Notes: generated by a model not told the origin, from the letters alone. DNA of 64,000 nucleotides from an uncultured delta proteobacterium (GCA_963713045.1 CAVQKE010000001.1:224001-288000), one strand, 5' to 3'; positions 38,875-50,019 are shown, numbered from the stretch's first letter. Numbers and translations: made by a program.

Positions 38875-40425
38875 TTACCGCCTGCGGCCGCCGCCACCGC
38901 CGCGTGATGCTCCACCCCCGCCGCCGAAGCTCGAGTTCCCGCGAGCGCTCGCCTGCCTGGTCTGTGCACCGCTGTTCATGCCGCCGAAAGCCGCGCCCCC
39001 GCTGGCGCCACCTCCACGTCCGCCAGCGCCGGACGAACTGGTCCCCCACCCGCGGTCCCCGCCGGAGGGGTGTCCACCTGCCGGCATTTGACTTGGACGG
39101 CCCGCACCGCCGGCCGGCTGCTGCCCGGCGGTGACCCCGCCTCCTGAAGACCCTGGGCTCGGGCGCCCAGCTCCGCCGGCCGGCTGCTGCCCTGCAGTGG
39201 CCCCGCCTCCCGAAGCCCCTTGGCTCGGTCGCCCGGCACCGCCCGCCGGTTGCTGCCCGGCCGCCGCTCCCCCTCCCGCGGGCGTCTGGCTCGGACGCGC
39301 GGCGCCGCCGGCCGGCTGCTGCCCGGCGGTTGCTCCCCCTCCCGCCGGCGTCTGGCTCGGACGCGCGGCACCGCCGGCCGGTTGCTGCCCGGCGGTTGCT
39401 CCCCCTCCCGCCGGCGTCTGGCTCGGGCGCCCGGCACCGCCCGCCGGTTGCTGCCCTGCGGTCGCTCCCCCTCCCGCCGGCGTCTGGCTCGGTGTCCCAG
39501 CAGCAGGCCCTGCAGGGCGGGGCGTCGGCGCGGGAGCGCCCGCGGGCGGAGGGGCCCCACCGGCTGGCGGCGCCGGGGTGGTGGTCGGCGGACGCGTGCT
39601 GGTCGGCGGACGCGCGCCGCCTGGGGGATAGGCACCCGGCGGTCGGTACGCTGGCGGCCGGTACGGAGGATAGCGGGGGTAGACCGGATAGGGAGGGTAG
39701 CGCCAGTAGCTCGAGCCGATGGCGAAACCGATGCTGAATGACACGACCGCCGCGCCCGCAACGTAGCCAGGCGGGTAAACCGGAGGCGGCGGATAGGCCG
39801 GATAGACCCAGGTGCCGTAGACCACCGTCGGGCTGTACACCGGAACGTAGATGACCTGGGGATTGGCCGGCTCAATCCGGATGATTGTGGCCGCCTCCGA
39901 CGTCCCGCCATCCCCTTGCGCTTCGGGCACCGACTCCACCTTGACGGTCTGTTGGGGCGACGACGCCAAGTTTCCAGCTGCTAAGGCTCTTGCCCGGAGC
40001 TGCTGCACCGCAAAAAAAACCGCGTCGCGCTGGCTGCGGTAGGCCTCACCGAGGTCTCGCGCCCAGTCCTGGTGCTCGGTCAACATCTTCATCACGTCAG
40101 GCAGCGAGACCAGTGCCTTCACACTGGCGTCCCAAGGTTGCGCCTCGAGGGCCGCATCGAGTTCCTTCCCAGAAAGCCCTGGATGCGCCTGCGCCCACTT
40201 CTGCGCTTCCAATACTTGCAGGAGGCGGGTGGACGCCTCGAATACCTGCCCGAGCAGCGGATCCGGGAAGAGGGCCACAGGGGAGACCAGCGCCTCAAGC
40301 TGCTCCGGTGGAACCACCGCGGGACTCCCGGACCTCGACGCCGGAGGCGTCGGCTGCTGAGCTGCGGATGTGCCCGTCCAAGCGACGAGAAAACAGCCGA
40401 CCATCAGGTTTCGCCAACCCAACAT
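38875..40425 (-). CDS. DUF3300 domain protein
   Basis: QLEALVSPVALFPDPLL, WDASVKAL, IEPANPQVIYVPVY, low-complexity tail. Confidence 0.92.
   Translation of the reverse strand: MLGWRNLMVGCFLVAWTGTSAAQQPTPPASRSGSPAVVPPEQLEALVSPVALFPDPLLGQVFEASTRLLQVLEAQKWAQAHPGLSGKELDAALEAQPWDASVKALVSLPDVMKMLTEHQDWARDLGEAYRSQRDAVFFAVQQLRARALAAGNLASSPQQTVKVESVPEAQGDGGTSEAATIIRIEPANPQVIYVPVYSPTVVYGTWVYPAYPPPPVYPPGYVAGAAVVSFSIGFAIGSSYWRYPPYPVYPRYPPYRPPAYRPPGAYPPGGARPPTSTRPPTTTPAPPAGGAPPPAGAPAPTPRPAGPAAGTPSQTPAGGGATAGQQPAGGAGRPSQTPAGGGATAGQQPAGGAARPSQTPAGGGATAGQQPAGGAARPSQTPAGGGAAAGQQPAGGAGRPSQGASGGGATAGQQPAGGAGRPSPGSSGGGVTAGQQPAGGAGRPSQMPAGGHPSGGDRGWGTSSSGAGGRGGGASGGAAFGGMNSGAQTRQASARGNSSFGGGGGASRGGGGGRRR
39073..39492 (-). 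repeat. 66-nt coding tandem repeat (six units plus a partial)
   Basis: Repeated PSQTPAGGGATAGQQPAGGA(G/A)R. Confidence 0.9.
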
Positions 40426-40838
40426 GGGTACACCTTCGCAGAGAACTTCGCGCCGCGCTCCCGGAAAGCACCGCGGGCCACCTCAAGCGGAGGCCCGCCA
40501 CTGGGCGTAAGTACACCGGCGCCCGTTGAAAACGTACGCGGACCAGGAATAGGCGGCCTTCTGCGTCGGCTCCAGCCCTTTCGCAGAGGGTTATCCCCGC
40601 TGGCAAGCACTACGTCTTTGGGTTGGTTGCTCGCTGCGGGGCTTCCCCCGACTGGAACGCTCCGAACGCTGCACCGCGCTGAGAACCTCGCGCGTCCGCT
40701 GACGGCGTAACGCTTGACTCAGCGAATGATGTGCCCCACTTTTGCGGCGACTCGGCCGGCTTGTGGCAGGGCGCCTGCGTTGCTCGAGCGCCGGCTGGTC
40801 GGCGCGGGGGCCCTCCTCCGAGAGAGAAGGCAACTCCC

Positions 40839-41918
40839 GTGGTGGACCGCTCAGCGTTGCCGGATTTACCGCGCATTACCCTGGCCGTGTTCGCCATCGG
40901 GCTCCTGAGCGCCGCCAGTGTCTGGGTGCTTTGGCCATTCGCGGTGGCCACCATCTGGGCAACCACGATTGTGGTTGCCACCTGGCCCGCGCTTCTCTTT
41001 GTCCAGGGCCGGCTCGGGGGCCGACGCTGGCTGGCGGTGGGCGTGATGATTTTCATTCTGCTCACGCTTTTAGTCATCCCCGTCTGGCTGGCCATCTTGA
41101 CGATTGCCGACAACGCCGAGCGCGTTCTCGACTTCACCCGGTCACTCATGACTCGAGGGCTCCCGCCGCCACCGGAGTGGCTGAGGAGTGTGCCGGTCGT
41201 CGGGCAGCGGCTTGCGACGGCCTGGGGAAGCTTTGCCGGGGACACGGCTTCCCTCGCATCCCGGCTGGCGCCACACGTGGGCGAAGCTACCCGGTGGCTC
41301 GCATCGCGGGCCGGGGGCGTAGGTTCGGCCGTGGTCCAGGTCATCTTTACCGTGGCAATTTCGGCCGTGCTCTACGCCACCGGGGAAAAGTGCGGCCGGG
41401 GGGTCGAGCGCTTCCTGCGACGCCTCGCGGGCGGAGCGGGACGGGATGTCGCCTACCTCGCCGCAAAGGCGGTGCGGGCGGTGGCCCTTGGCATCGTTGT
41501 CACCGCCGTGGCCCAAACTGTGCTCTCCGCAATCGGTCTCATCCTCTCCGGCGTGCCCCATGCTGGAGCACTGACCGCATTGGTTCTGCTCCTCTGCATC
41601 GCACAGCTTGGCCCGCTGCTTGTACTCGCCCCGGCGACAATCTGGCTCTACAGCTCCGGCTCACCCGGGCGGGGCACGGTGCTGCTCGTCTTCACCCTCG
41701 TCGCGGCGACGCTCGACAACTTCCTCCGTCCACTGCTCATCAAGCGGGGCGCCAATCTTCCGTTGCTCCTCATCCTCGCCGGGGTCATCGGGGGCCTCAT
41801 CGGCTTTGGGATTGTCGGGCTATTCGTCGGCCCGGTGGTCCTTGCCGTGACCTGGAAGCTCCTCGAGTCCTGGGTTGGCGACTTGGATTGCACTGCGAGC
41901 CCGGCCCCCCCGAAGTAA
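40839..41918 (+). CDS. AI-2E family transporter (YdiK-like)
   Basis: IWATTIVVATWP, IAQLGP, DNFLRPLLIKRGANLP, GLFVGPV. Confidence 0.9.
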   Translation: MVDRSALPDLPRITLAVFAIGLLSAASVWVLWPFAVATIWATTIVVATWPALLFVQGRLGGRRWLAVGVMIFILLTLLVIPVWLAILTIADNAERVLDFTRSLMTRGLPPPPEWLRSVPVVGQRLATAWGSFAGDTASLASRLAPHVGEATRWLASRAGGVGSAVVQVIFTVAISAVLYATGEKCGRGVERFLRRLAGGAGRDVAYLAAKAVRAVALGIVVTAVAQTVLSAIGLILSGVPHAGALTALVLLLCIAQLGPLLVLAPATIWLYSSGSPGRGTVLLVFTLVAATLDNFLRPLLIKRGANLPLLLILAGVIGGLIGFGIVGLFVGPVVLAVTWKLLESWVGDLDCTASPAPPK

Positions 41919-42052
41919 CCGGGGAAGGTAGGCGTCTAGGCCGGTTCGGGCCATTCCTAGTCGCAAACGTTTCCCGAGGGCTCCCGAAGTGACCGCGGGC
42001 GATTGTATAGGAGCATGGGCAGGAGCGGACCAGTGAGGATGGGAGGGACGAG

Positions 42053-43735
42053 ATGAACCGGCTTCTGCATGCTTTCCCGATGGCGGTGTGGCTGCGGGAG
42101 TACGAGCTGCGGTGGCTCCGTTTGGATCTGGTCGCCGGCATCACTCTCGCGGCGTACGCCATTCCAGTGTCACTGGCCTACGCAGGTCTCGCTGGGCTTC
42201 CGCCGCAGGTCGGAATCTACGGCTATCTGCTTGGTGGCGTCGGATACGCGCTCTTTGGCAGTTCGCGACAGCTGGCGGTTGGCCCGACGTCGGCTATCTC
42301 GCTCACCGTGGGCGTGACGCTCGCAGAACTCGCCGGCGACAATGCCTCACGCGCGCTTCAGATCGCGGCGCTCGCCGCATTCACGGTCGCCGGGCTCTGC
42401 GGAATCGCGTGGCTGCTCCGCCTCAGCACGCTTACCAATTTCATCAGCGAGACGATTCTACTCGGCTTCAAGGCGGGCGCCGGGCTGAGCATCGCCTCGA
42501 CCCAACTGGCAGCCTTCCTCGGCCTAACAGCCGGCGGCGATGATTTCTTCTCCCGCGTCACTCATGTGCTCCGCCACCTGGCCGACGTCCGGCCGGCCAC
42601 TGCGCTGGTGGGAGCCGCGGCGCTGACGCTCCTCTTGTTGGGAGAGCGCTTCCTCCCTGGACAGCCGGTTGCGCTGGTCGTCGTCATACTCGCCACCGCG
42701 GCGGTAGCGCTCACGCCACTGCGGACGGCCGGCCTCGCGCTCGTGGGCGCAGTGCCCCGCGGTCTGCCCAGTTTTGCGCTGCCGCCCCTACGCCTTCGCG
42801 ACGTGGATGGGATCATCCCGCTCGCGTTCGCCTGCGTACTGCTGGCGTACATCGAAGGTGTCTCCGCGGCGCGAACCTTCGCCGCACGACACCACTACTC
42901 GCTCAATGTTCGACAGGAGTTGCTGGGGCTGGGCAGCGCCAACCTGCTCGTTGCCTTTGGAGGCGGCTATCCGGTGGCCGGTGGGCTTTCCCAAAGCGCG
43001 GTGAACGACAAGGGCGGAGCAAGAAGCCCGCTCTCGCTCATCTTCGCGTCAGCCACCCTTGCGGTTTGCCTGCTCTTCCTGACCGGGCTCGTCGCCACAC
43101 TACCGAAGGCGGTGCTTTCGGCGATCGTGCTCGTGGCGGTCACCGGACTCATCGACCTCCGTTCGATCGCGCGCCTGCGGCGCGTAAGCCGGTTTGAGTT
43201 TCGCGTGGCGATGGTAGCGCTCGGCGGCGTTCTGATTTTTGGGATCCTCAACGGCGTGCTGATCGCGGCGGCCGCGTCAATTGCCGTCCTGCTTTACCGC
43301 GCGGCTTTCCCGCAGGTCGCTTTCCTGGGTCGCATCCCCGGGACCCGACGATTCTCGGATGTCGCGGTGAGTCCAGACAACGAACCCATTCCCGGGGTGC
43401 TGGCGTTCCGCGTGGAGGCTGGCTTGTTTTACTTCAATGCGGAACACGTGCGCGGTACCGTTCTCGAGCGAATCTCGAACGAGCCCGCGCCGATTCGTCT
43501 GGTGGTGTGCGACCTATCCGCGTCGCCGAACGTTGACCTCGCCGGCGCTAGGATGCTCGCCGAACTCGCAAAGGAACTCGAGGAGCGCGGCATGGCGCTC
43601 CGTCTGGTCGAAGCGCGCTCCGGGGTGCGCGAGATCCTCAGCGCGAGTGGCCTCGATGAGACGCTGGGCAGAGTGCAGCGCGAGACGTCGTTGGCCGACG
43701 TGGTCGATGGTGCCCTTGCTGGGAATGGTCGGTGA
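42053..43735 (+). CDS. SulP-family anion transporter with STAS domain
   Basis: DLVAGITLAAYAIP, GSSRQLAVGPTS, GGLSQSAVN, STAS-like C-terminus. Confidence 0.93.
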   Translation: MNRLLHAFPMAVWLREYELRWLRLDLVAGITLAAYAIPVSLAYAGLAGLPPQVGIYGYLLGGVGYALFGSSRQLAVGPTSAISLTVGVTLAELAGDNASRALQIAALAAFTVAGLCGIAWLLRLSTLTNFISETILLGFKAGAGLSIASTQLAAFLGLTAGGDDFFSRVTHVLRHLADVRPATALVGAAALTLLLLGERFLPGQPVALVVVILATAAVALTPLRTAGLALVGAVPRGLPSFALPPLRLRDVDGIIPLAFACVLLAYIEGVSAARTFAARHHYSLNVRQELLGLGSANLLVAFGGGYPVAGGLSQSAVNDKGGARSPLSLIFASATLAVCLLFLTGLVATLPKAVLSAIVLVAVTGLIDLRSIARLRRVSRFEFRVAMVALGGVLIFGILNGVLIAAAASIAVLLYRAAFPQVAFLGRIPGTRRFSDVAVSPDNEPIPGVLAFRVEAGLFYFNAEHVRGTVLERISNEPAPIRLVVCDLSASPNVDLAGARMLAELAKELEERGMALRLVEARSGVREILSASGLDETLGRVQRETSLADVVDGALAGNGR

Positions 43736-43799
43736 TGCGGCCGACCGTCCGCCCATCCCTCAATTCGCTTCGCGACGAGGCCCCAAGGGTACTCGTCGG

Positions 43800-44582
43800 C
43801 TAGTAGACCTCGGGAACGAGGTGCCGTCCGCGGAGGGAGCGTTGGTCATCGTAGGCGCCCTTCTTCGACCGTGCCGGAAGCTTGACTTTCTCCCTACGCA
43901 ACCGCTGGTAGTCGACCTGACCGAGCAGGTGGGCGATGCAGTTGAGGCGCGCTCGTTTCTTGTCATCGGAGCGAAGGATGTACCAGGGCGAGTGCTTGGT
44001 GTCAGTGGCCTGCAACATCTTGTCGCGCGCTCGCGAGTAGTCGTACCAGCGCTCGCGCGATGGGAGGTCGACCGGACTCAGCTTCCATTGCCGCAGTGGG
44101 TCACGGATGCGAGCTTCAAACCGTCGGGCTTGCTCATCATTGCTAACTTCAAGCCAATACTTAATAAGTTGCACTCCGCTCTCCCTCACCTCCTTCTCGA
44201 AGAGCGGGACGAGCTCGAGGAACCGGCGGTTTTCCTCTTTGGAGCAGAACCCGAGCACGTACTCGACTCCTGCCCGGTTGTACCAGCTCCGGTCGAAAAT
44301 GATGATTTCGCCGGCGGCGGGGAAAAGCGCCAAATAGCGCTGTATGTACATCTGGCTCTTCTCTCGGTCGGAGGGCGCCGGCAACGCCACCACCCGAAAG
44401 ATCCGGGGGCTGACCCGTTCGGTAATGGCCCGAATCGTCCCGCCCTTTCCCGCGCCGTCCCGTCCTTCGAAGACAATGACGATGCGAAGACCTTTGTGTT
44501 TGACCCAGCTCTGCAAGTGGCACAGCTCGGTCTGAAGGGTCCGTAGTTGGCTCTCATATTCCTTACGGCTGAGCTTGGGCAT
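43800..44582 (-). CDS. ppk2: polyphosphate kinase 2
   Basis: FEGRDGAGKGG, FDRSWYNRAGVE, WKLSPVD, DDKKRARLNCI. Confidence 0.95.
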   Translation of the reverse strand: MPKLSRKEYESQLRTLQTELCHLQSWVKHKGLRIVIVFEGRDGAGKGGTIRAITERVSPRIFRVVALPAPSDREKSQMYIQRYLALFPAAGEIIIFDRSWYNRAGVEYVLGFCSKEENRRFLELVPLFEKEVRESGVQLIKYWLEVSNDEQARRFEARIRDPLRQWKLSPVDLPSRERWYDYSRARDKMLQATDTKHSPWYILRSDDKKRARLNCIAHLLGQVDYQRLRREKVKLPARSKKGAYDDQRSLRGRHLVPEVY

Positions 44583-45198
44583 CGGGATCAACCCCTTCTC
44601 GTTTGATGGACCATCCGCGAGCACGGCTACCAATCAAATAAAAGCACCACTGGATTGACGGGACGCATGAGGCTGCCGCCCTCTTCGGTTCGCCTGCGCT
44701 TTTCCGCCTTGTCGCCATGGTTGTACCCGTTTCAGGAGACCACTTTGCTGTAGTTGAAGTGCGAGGAGCTATCAACTCTTGGATTGAAAAGAGGAAATCG
44801 GCGTCCGGCTGACAGATAAGGCGTGGAGATAGACCTTCCAATGCCAGAACGGAGCTGCTCTACGCATGTAGAGAAGCTAAACTTGAAGGAGCTGCCCGCG
44901 GCCTCTCGGGGACGTGGAGGCTCCCCCTTCGTCTGGGTTGGCATTTGTCGAGCTGCCGAGTTTGGCCGAAGTAAGCCCTGGTGGGCCGGGCGACTGCTTG
45001 CGTCAAGGCGCGCGTCTTCCGGCGGTGATTGCGGTGGCGCAGAAACTGCGGGAATCGCCAGAGAATTAGGCGAGGATGAGTCCGCGCTCCGCCCCGGGCC
45101 TGGCAACTGAATCTGCCCGGAGCCCAAGAGGTTCTGGCCGTGCCCAGCCCAACTGTCGCCAGCGAGAAGCACAAATCCTACCGAGAGGAGGCTTCTCC

Positions 45199-46407
45199 GT
45201 GACGGAATCCCGCGTGATGGCACCCCCGAAGGCCTTACCCGGGGTCGCGAGCGACTTCTCACTCTTCCTTGGAGGGCCGCTCTTCCAGCTGCTGCGCCGG
45301 GCACACCTCTCTGATGACGCGCTGACTCACGTGCGCCAACGCATGGTCGCCATCTCGTTGCTCGCATGGCTTCCGCTGCTCGTGCTGTCGGCCGTCGAGG
45401 GTCGCTTGTTGGGCGGGGGTTTGTCGGTTCCCTTCCTGCACGACCTAGAGGCCCACGTTCGCTTCCTGGTGGCGATGCCCATTCTCATCGCTGCCGAGCT
45501 TGTCGTGCACCGCCGCATGCGCCCAATCGTGCGGCAGTTCCTGGACGAAGAGCTGATACCGGAGAGCGCCAAGCCTCGTTTCGACGCCGCGCTTGCAGCG
45601 GCGATGCGGTTACGAAACTCGGTTGCCGCCGAGGTGCTGATGATCGCCTTCGTCTGTGGCTTCGGTTTCTTCTGGCGCCGCTACCTGGCTCTCGAAACCC
45701 CGACCTGGTACGGAACGCCTTCAGCCGGGAGGCTGTCCCTGACGCTTGCCGGTGCCTGGTACCTTTACCTCAGCCTGCCGCTCTTCCAGTTCTTGCTGGT
45801 GCGCTGGTACTTCAGAATATTTATTTGGGCCCGCTTTCTTTGGGCCGTCTCGCGGCTCGACTTGAGGTTGGTCCCAACGCACCCCGACCGGACCGGTGGG
45901 TTAGGCTTCCTCGCTGGCGTCGTCTACGCCTTTGTGCCGCTCGCAGTCGCCCATGGCGCGCTGCTTGCCGGACGGGTTGCCGACCGCATCTTCTACCTCG
46001 GAGCCACGCTGACACAGTTCAAAGCCGAAATGGTCGTCTTGGCCGTCTTCGTGCTGCTGCTGGTCTTTACGCCTCTCCTGCTCTTCCTTCCCGCGCTGTC
46101 GCGGACGAAGCAGGTTGGCCTCCGCGAGTACGGCGTCTTGGGCCAGCGTTACGTGCGCGAGTTCGACAGCAAGTGGCTGCACGGCGGCGCGGTCGCTACG
46201 GAACCGTTTCTTGGGAGCGCCGACATCCAGTCGCTAGCCGATTTGGCGAACAGCGTGGAAGTGGTGCGGACCATGCGGGTCGTGCCGATCAGCAAGGCAG
46301 CCATCGTCCTGCTCGTGGTATCGACACTCGCTCCGCTCGCTCCGCTGGCCCTAACGATAATGCCGGCGGAAGAATTGCTAAAACAACTCCTCGGCGTGCT
46401 CCTCTAA
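45199..46407 (+). CDS. conserved-looking hypothetical membrane protein
   Basis: Multiple TM segments, FSLFLGGP, HPDRTGGLGF, DIQSLADL; GAGGAGG RBS. Confidence 0.75.
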   Translation: MTESRVMAPPKALPGVASDFSLFLGGPLFQLLRRAHLSDDALTHVRQRMVAISLLAWLPLLVLSAVEGRLLGGGLSVPFLHDLEAHVRFLVAMPILIAAELVVHRRMRPIVRQFLDEELIPESAKPRFDAALAAAMRLRNSVAAEVLMIAFVCGFGFFWRRYLALETPTWYGTPSAGRLSLTLAGAWYLYLSLPLFQFLLVRWYFRIFIWARFLWAVSRLDLRLVPTHPDRTGGLGFLAGVVYAFVPLAVAHGALLAGRVADRIFYLGATLTQFKAEMVVLAVFVLLLVFTPLLLFLPALSRTKQVGLREYGVLGQRYVREFDSKWLHGGAVATEPFLGSADIQSLADLANSVEVVRTMRVVPISKAAIVLLVVSTLAPLAPLALTIMPAEELLKQLLGVLL

Positions 46408-46503
46408 GGAACCGCTCTCCGCGATCGGCCAACGGTTCGTGGCCAGCCTCCCGGGAGGCGCTGAAGTACGTGCCCGTGGTGGGCACTGCTCGAGTACTTC
46501 ACA

Positions 46504-47217
46504 GTGCCTCACAACAGGCGAATTTTTCGAGTACGACCTCACTGGATCTGGCCTCAGAGAGCCCAGTGGTCCGCCAAGAAAGAGGCGAGTACAGTCGCTG
46601 CCATTCTTGCCGTGTCGGCCCTGGGAAGAGGGAAGGGAAATGGTGCAGGAACCTTCGAATCAACCCCCTCCACGCGCGGCACGGATTCCCCGCGCCGCAT
46701 CGTCACCTGGCTCTTGGGCGACGACGCCTGGGAGCCCTCATCTCCGGGCCTTTTTCGGTATTTAGGCTGGACCGCCTTGTCGCGGTTCCTCCGTCCGGTG
46801 GTCGAGGCCTTCAATCAATGGCGTGACGAAGAGCGTTGGCTTCGCAATTACTGCCCGACCTGCGGATCGGGCCTAGCCATGGCCCAGCTGATTGGCAAGG
46901 ATGCGGCGCGGAGGCGGTTGCTCATCTGCGGACGCTGCGCCACAGGCTGGGCGTACAAGCGAACCCAATGTCCGTTTTGCGAGAACGACTCGGATCGTGT
47001 TGCCATCGTTGCCATCGAAGGAGAGGCAGGCCTGCGCATCGACCATTGCCCGTCATGCCGGGGCTACCTCAAGACTTACGACGGGCAGCAGGACCAGGGC
47101 CTGCTCCTGTCGGACTGGAGTTCCCTGCACCTGGATCTAATCGCTCGTGACCGAGGGATGTCGCGCTTGGCCGTGTCCCTCTACGCTCTCGACGGCGACA
47201 CTGCCGTTCGTGGATGA
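46504..47217 (+). pseudogene. fdhE: FdhE-like C-terminal portion with a degenerate N-terminus
   Basis: CPTCG, RLLICGRC, RTQCPFC, RIDHCPSCRGYLK, SLHLDLIA. Confidence 0.65.
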
Positions 47218-47512
47218 AGAAACACCCGCTTACCAGAGGAGAGGCCGACAGCGGCGGAGGAATACGAACTTGCGAGCCGGGCTTGGGAACCTGGTGGCCC
47301 GGGCCCCAAAATGGACCAACGGCGTCTTGTCATGGGTGGGGCCTCGAGACCGCTCCCGCAAAGACCGTCGAGAAGCCCGTCTCGCCCGTCCGGTGGGGCC
47401 GTTAGAGCCGCCGTAAGACGGCGGAAGCTTCGCTAATTGCGGTAGCGGCGTCGGACGCAGCTGGGTTTCCGGTACCCGATGGCCATGGCCTCCCAAAGGT
47501 CCGGAACGTCGA

Positions 47513-48970
47513 ATGGACGCCTCCGAGCGTTTCCGGGTTTCTTCTGGAGGCCCATTGTGCGCAGAATCCGCTCGTCGAGAAGGACTGGGTCCCGCGATGG
47601 AAGACGAGGGGGATCGCCGCGACGAGCAGCGCTGGGCGTCCGCGAAGCGACGCCTGCGTGAGCGCGCCCATCGGCCTTGGTTGGCCTGGCAGGGGTCCGC
47701 TCGCGGGCACCGGATTGGTGGCGCGAGCTTCGCGGCCGCGCTGGGACTCAGCCTAGTCCTTTGGGCGCCAGTTGCCGTCGCGCAGGTCACGGAGGCGAAC
47801 TCGACGACGGTGCTGCGCCTTCAGCCAGACTGGTATGCCGGAGAGAAGAACAACAGCTTTTGGGCCACGGAGTATGTGAGTCTCTCGATGAGAGACTTCG
47901 GCGTCCCGGGAGTGCAGGACCTCCAGTTTCAACTGTCCGCCTGGGGACAGGCCGCCACGAATCCCGACGGGGGCCTCGGCGACATCGACCTGTGGTACCT
48001 GCAGGGGTCGGTCCTGGACCGTCACCTCAGCTTCACCGTCGGTCGGCAGCTCGTCGTGGGCGGGGCTGCCAAGGTACTTCCACTGGATGGGCTCAATTTG
48101 ACCGTCGTCAGCAACGGGGGTTTCGGACTCTCTGCTTACGCTGGGGCCCCCACCGCCTTCAAACTGACGTATCCCATCGGAGACTTCGCGTTCGGGGCTC
48201 GGGCCTTTTGGAGGCCGTCCTATGGCACCGAGGTGGGGGTTTCTTTCATCGAAATCCTCAACCAGGGTGCCATTGCCCGACAGAACCTGGGGGTGGACGC
48301 TCGTGTCGTCATCCTCCCTAACCTGTCCACGACCGCCTCGGCCGACTTCAGCCTATGGGCTGAACGCTTCGTGGACGCTGAGCTCACAGTCTCCTGGCAA
48401 GTCCTCCCGACGCTAGAGCTGTCGGTGAAGGCGCAGCAATCTGAGCCGGACCTCTATCTCCCTTTGACCTCCATCTTTACCGTCTTCTCGTACACCGAGC
48501 GGACAGGGGTCGGTGGAGGCCTTTTCTGGCAGGCGCTTCAGCGCCTCTCGTTCTTTGCCAACTACGAATTCCTTTGGGTCGACGGCGGGACTGGCAATGA
48601 CGTGGAGCTGGGCGTCACGTACAAACTAAGCCGCAAGTCGACAGTCGGATTTAACTGTCACCTCTTATACGAGCCAGCAAATGGCTACGCGGATTTGCGT
48701 CTCTGGGCTCTTCAGTATTTGACGGAACAAATTCGGCTGAGCGCAGACGTGGACTGGGTCTTGCTGGAGAATCCAGTGGTGCCACCAGCGGCGACCCAGC
48801 AGGCCTCTCTGTTGGGCACATTGAGCGCGACCTGGGTGGTCGGCTCCGGGTGGAGTTTGATGCTCAGCAGCACCGTGGGGTCGACACCCCTCAACCAGCC
48901 TGAATTCACGGTGACTGGGAAAGTGGGCTATGACTTTTATTCCATGCTGGGCGCGAAGGCACCCAAATGA
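47513..48970 (+). CDS. putative outer-membrane beta-barrel (porin) of the cytochrome cluster; true start probably near 47700
   Basis: Signal LVLWAPVAVAQ, alternating aromatic strands, GKVGYDF near the end; coupled to the multiheme gene. Confidence 0.65.
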   Translation: MDASERFRVSSGGPLCAESARREGLGPAMEDEGDRRDEQRWASAKRRLRERAHRPWLAWQGSARGHRIGGASFAAALGLSLVLWAPVAVAQVTEANSTTVLRLQPDWYAGEKNNSFWATEYVSLSMRDFGVPGVQDLQFQLSAWGQAATNPDGGLGDIDLWYLQGSVLDRHLSFTVGRQLVVGGAAKVLPLDGLNLTVVSNGGFGLSAYAGAPTAFKLTYPIGDFAFGARAFWRPSYGTEVGVSFIEILNQGAIARQNLGVDARVVILPNLSTTASADFSLWAERFVDAELTVSWQVLPTLELSVKAQQSEPDLYLPLTSIFTVFSYTERTGVGGGLFWQALQRLSFFANYEFLWVDGGTGNDVELGVTYKLSRKSTVGFNCHLLYEPANGYADLRLWALQYLTEQIRLSADVDWVLLENPVVPPAATQQASLLGTLSATWVVGSGWSLMLSSTVGSTPLNQPEFTVTGKVGYDFYSMLGAKAPK

Positions 48971-50019
48971 AGTCGCGTTTCGGCACTCGGGTTCTGGTCG
49001 TCGGGGTATTCCTTCTCATCGGCGGTGCAGTGCTCGGCGGGCTTGACCCTCCCGACCAAATCAACGCCAACCATGCCGGGCACGTCAAGGCGAAGCTGGA
49101 CTGCCTCACCTGTCATGAGTCAATTTTCGATGAGACCAAGCTTGGGCAGCGCGACGTCTTCCCCAAGGAGGCCAAGTGCCTCGAGTGCCACAAGAAGGAG
49201 AAGGATGAAGGCAAATGCGGGATGTGCCACTCCCGCCCCGACAAGCCCGGCCCATACGTCATCCAGGAACCGCACCTGAGCATCAACCACGCGAAGCATC
49301 TCGAGAAGGACGAGAAGTGTGAGGTCTGTCACCTGACACTGCCCGAGCGCGGCCAGCTGGAGAAGCCCGTGCCGCCGATGAAAACCTGCCTCGGCTGCCA
49401 CAACCACAATGAGCAGTTCAAGAACGGCCAGTGCAGCGGTTGCCACGTCGACTTGAACCGCTATCCACTCAAACCCATCAGCTTCTTCAGCCACCAGAGC
49501 AACTTCACCAAAACCCATGCGCCCATCGCCCGGTCGACAAGCGCCGCCTGTTCCGTGTGCCATGAGCAACGGTTTTGCTCGGACTGCCACTCCAACCAGC
49601 CGATGACGCCTTCGCAAAAAAACCCAGAGCAGGTGAACAAGAACCTCATCCACTGGGGCGATTACCTCACGCGGCACTCCATTGACGCGCGCTCGGATGA
49701 ATCGCGCTGCCAGGTTTGCCACGTGACCAGCTTCTGCTCGAACTGTCATACTGCACAAGGGCTGACGACGACCTCGACCAACCCGAGCAATCCGCACCCA
49801 GCCGGCTGGCTTTCCCCTGGGAGTCCCAACTTCCACGGCACCGCAGCGCGGAATGACATCGTGAGCTGCGCCAGCTGCCATGACCAGGGAGCGCAGTCCA
49901 ATTGCGTGACTTGCCACCGCGTCGGCGGGGTGGGCGGAGATCCGCATCCGGCGGGCTTCACCTCCAAGCACCCGCCGAGCGAAATCAACCGCAACCCCAT
50001 GTGCCTAACGTGCCACTAG
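48967..50019 (+). CDS. periplasmic multiheme cytochrome c (13 CxxCH)
   Basis: Signal peptide and 13 CxxCH motifs, counted. Confidence 0.93.
   Translation: MKSRFGTRVLVVGVFLLIGGAVLGGLDPPDQINANHAGHVKAKLDCLTCHESIFDETKLGQRDVFPKEAKCLECHKKEKDEGKCGMCHSRPDKPGPYVIQEPHLSINHAKHLEKDEKCEVCHLTLPERGQLEKPVPPMKTCLGCHNHNEQFKNGQCSGCHVDLNRYPLKPISFFSHQSNFTKTHAPIARSTSAACSVCHEQRFCSDCHSNQPMTPSQKNPEQVNKNLIHWGDYLTRHSIDARSDESRCQVCHVTSFCSNCHTAQGLTTTSTNPSNPHPAGWLSPGSPNFHGTAARNDIVSCASCHDQGAQSNCVTCHRVGGVGGDPHPAGFTSKHPPSEINRNPMCLTCH

Noticed and set aside
47240..47500. Weak tRNA-end or att-like sequence (GCGGAGGAATACGAACT)
   Set aside because: Too short and degenerate, and it matches neither tRNA-Asn nor the arm.
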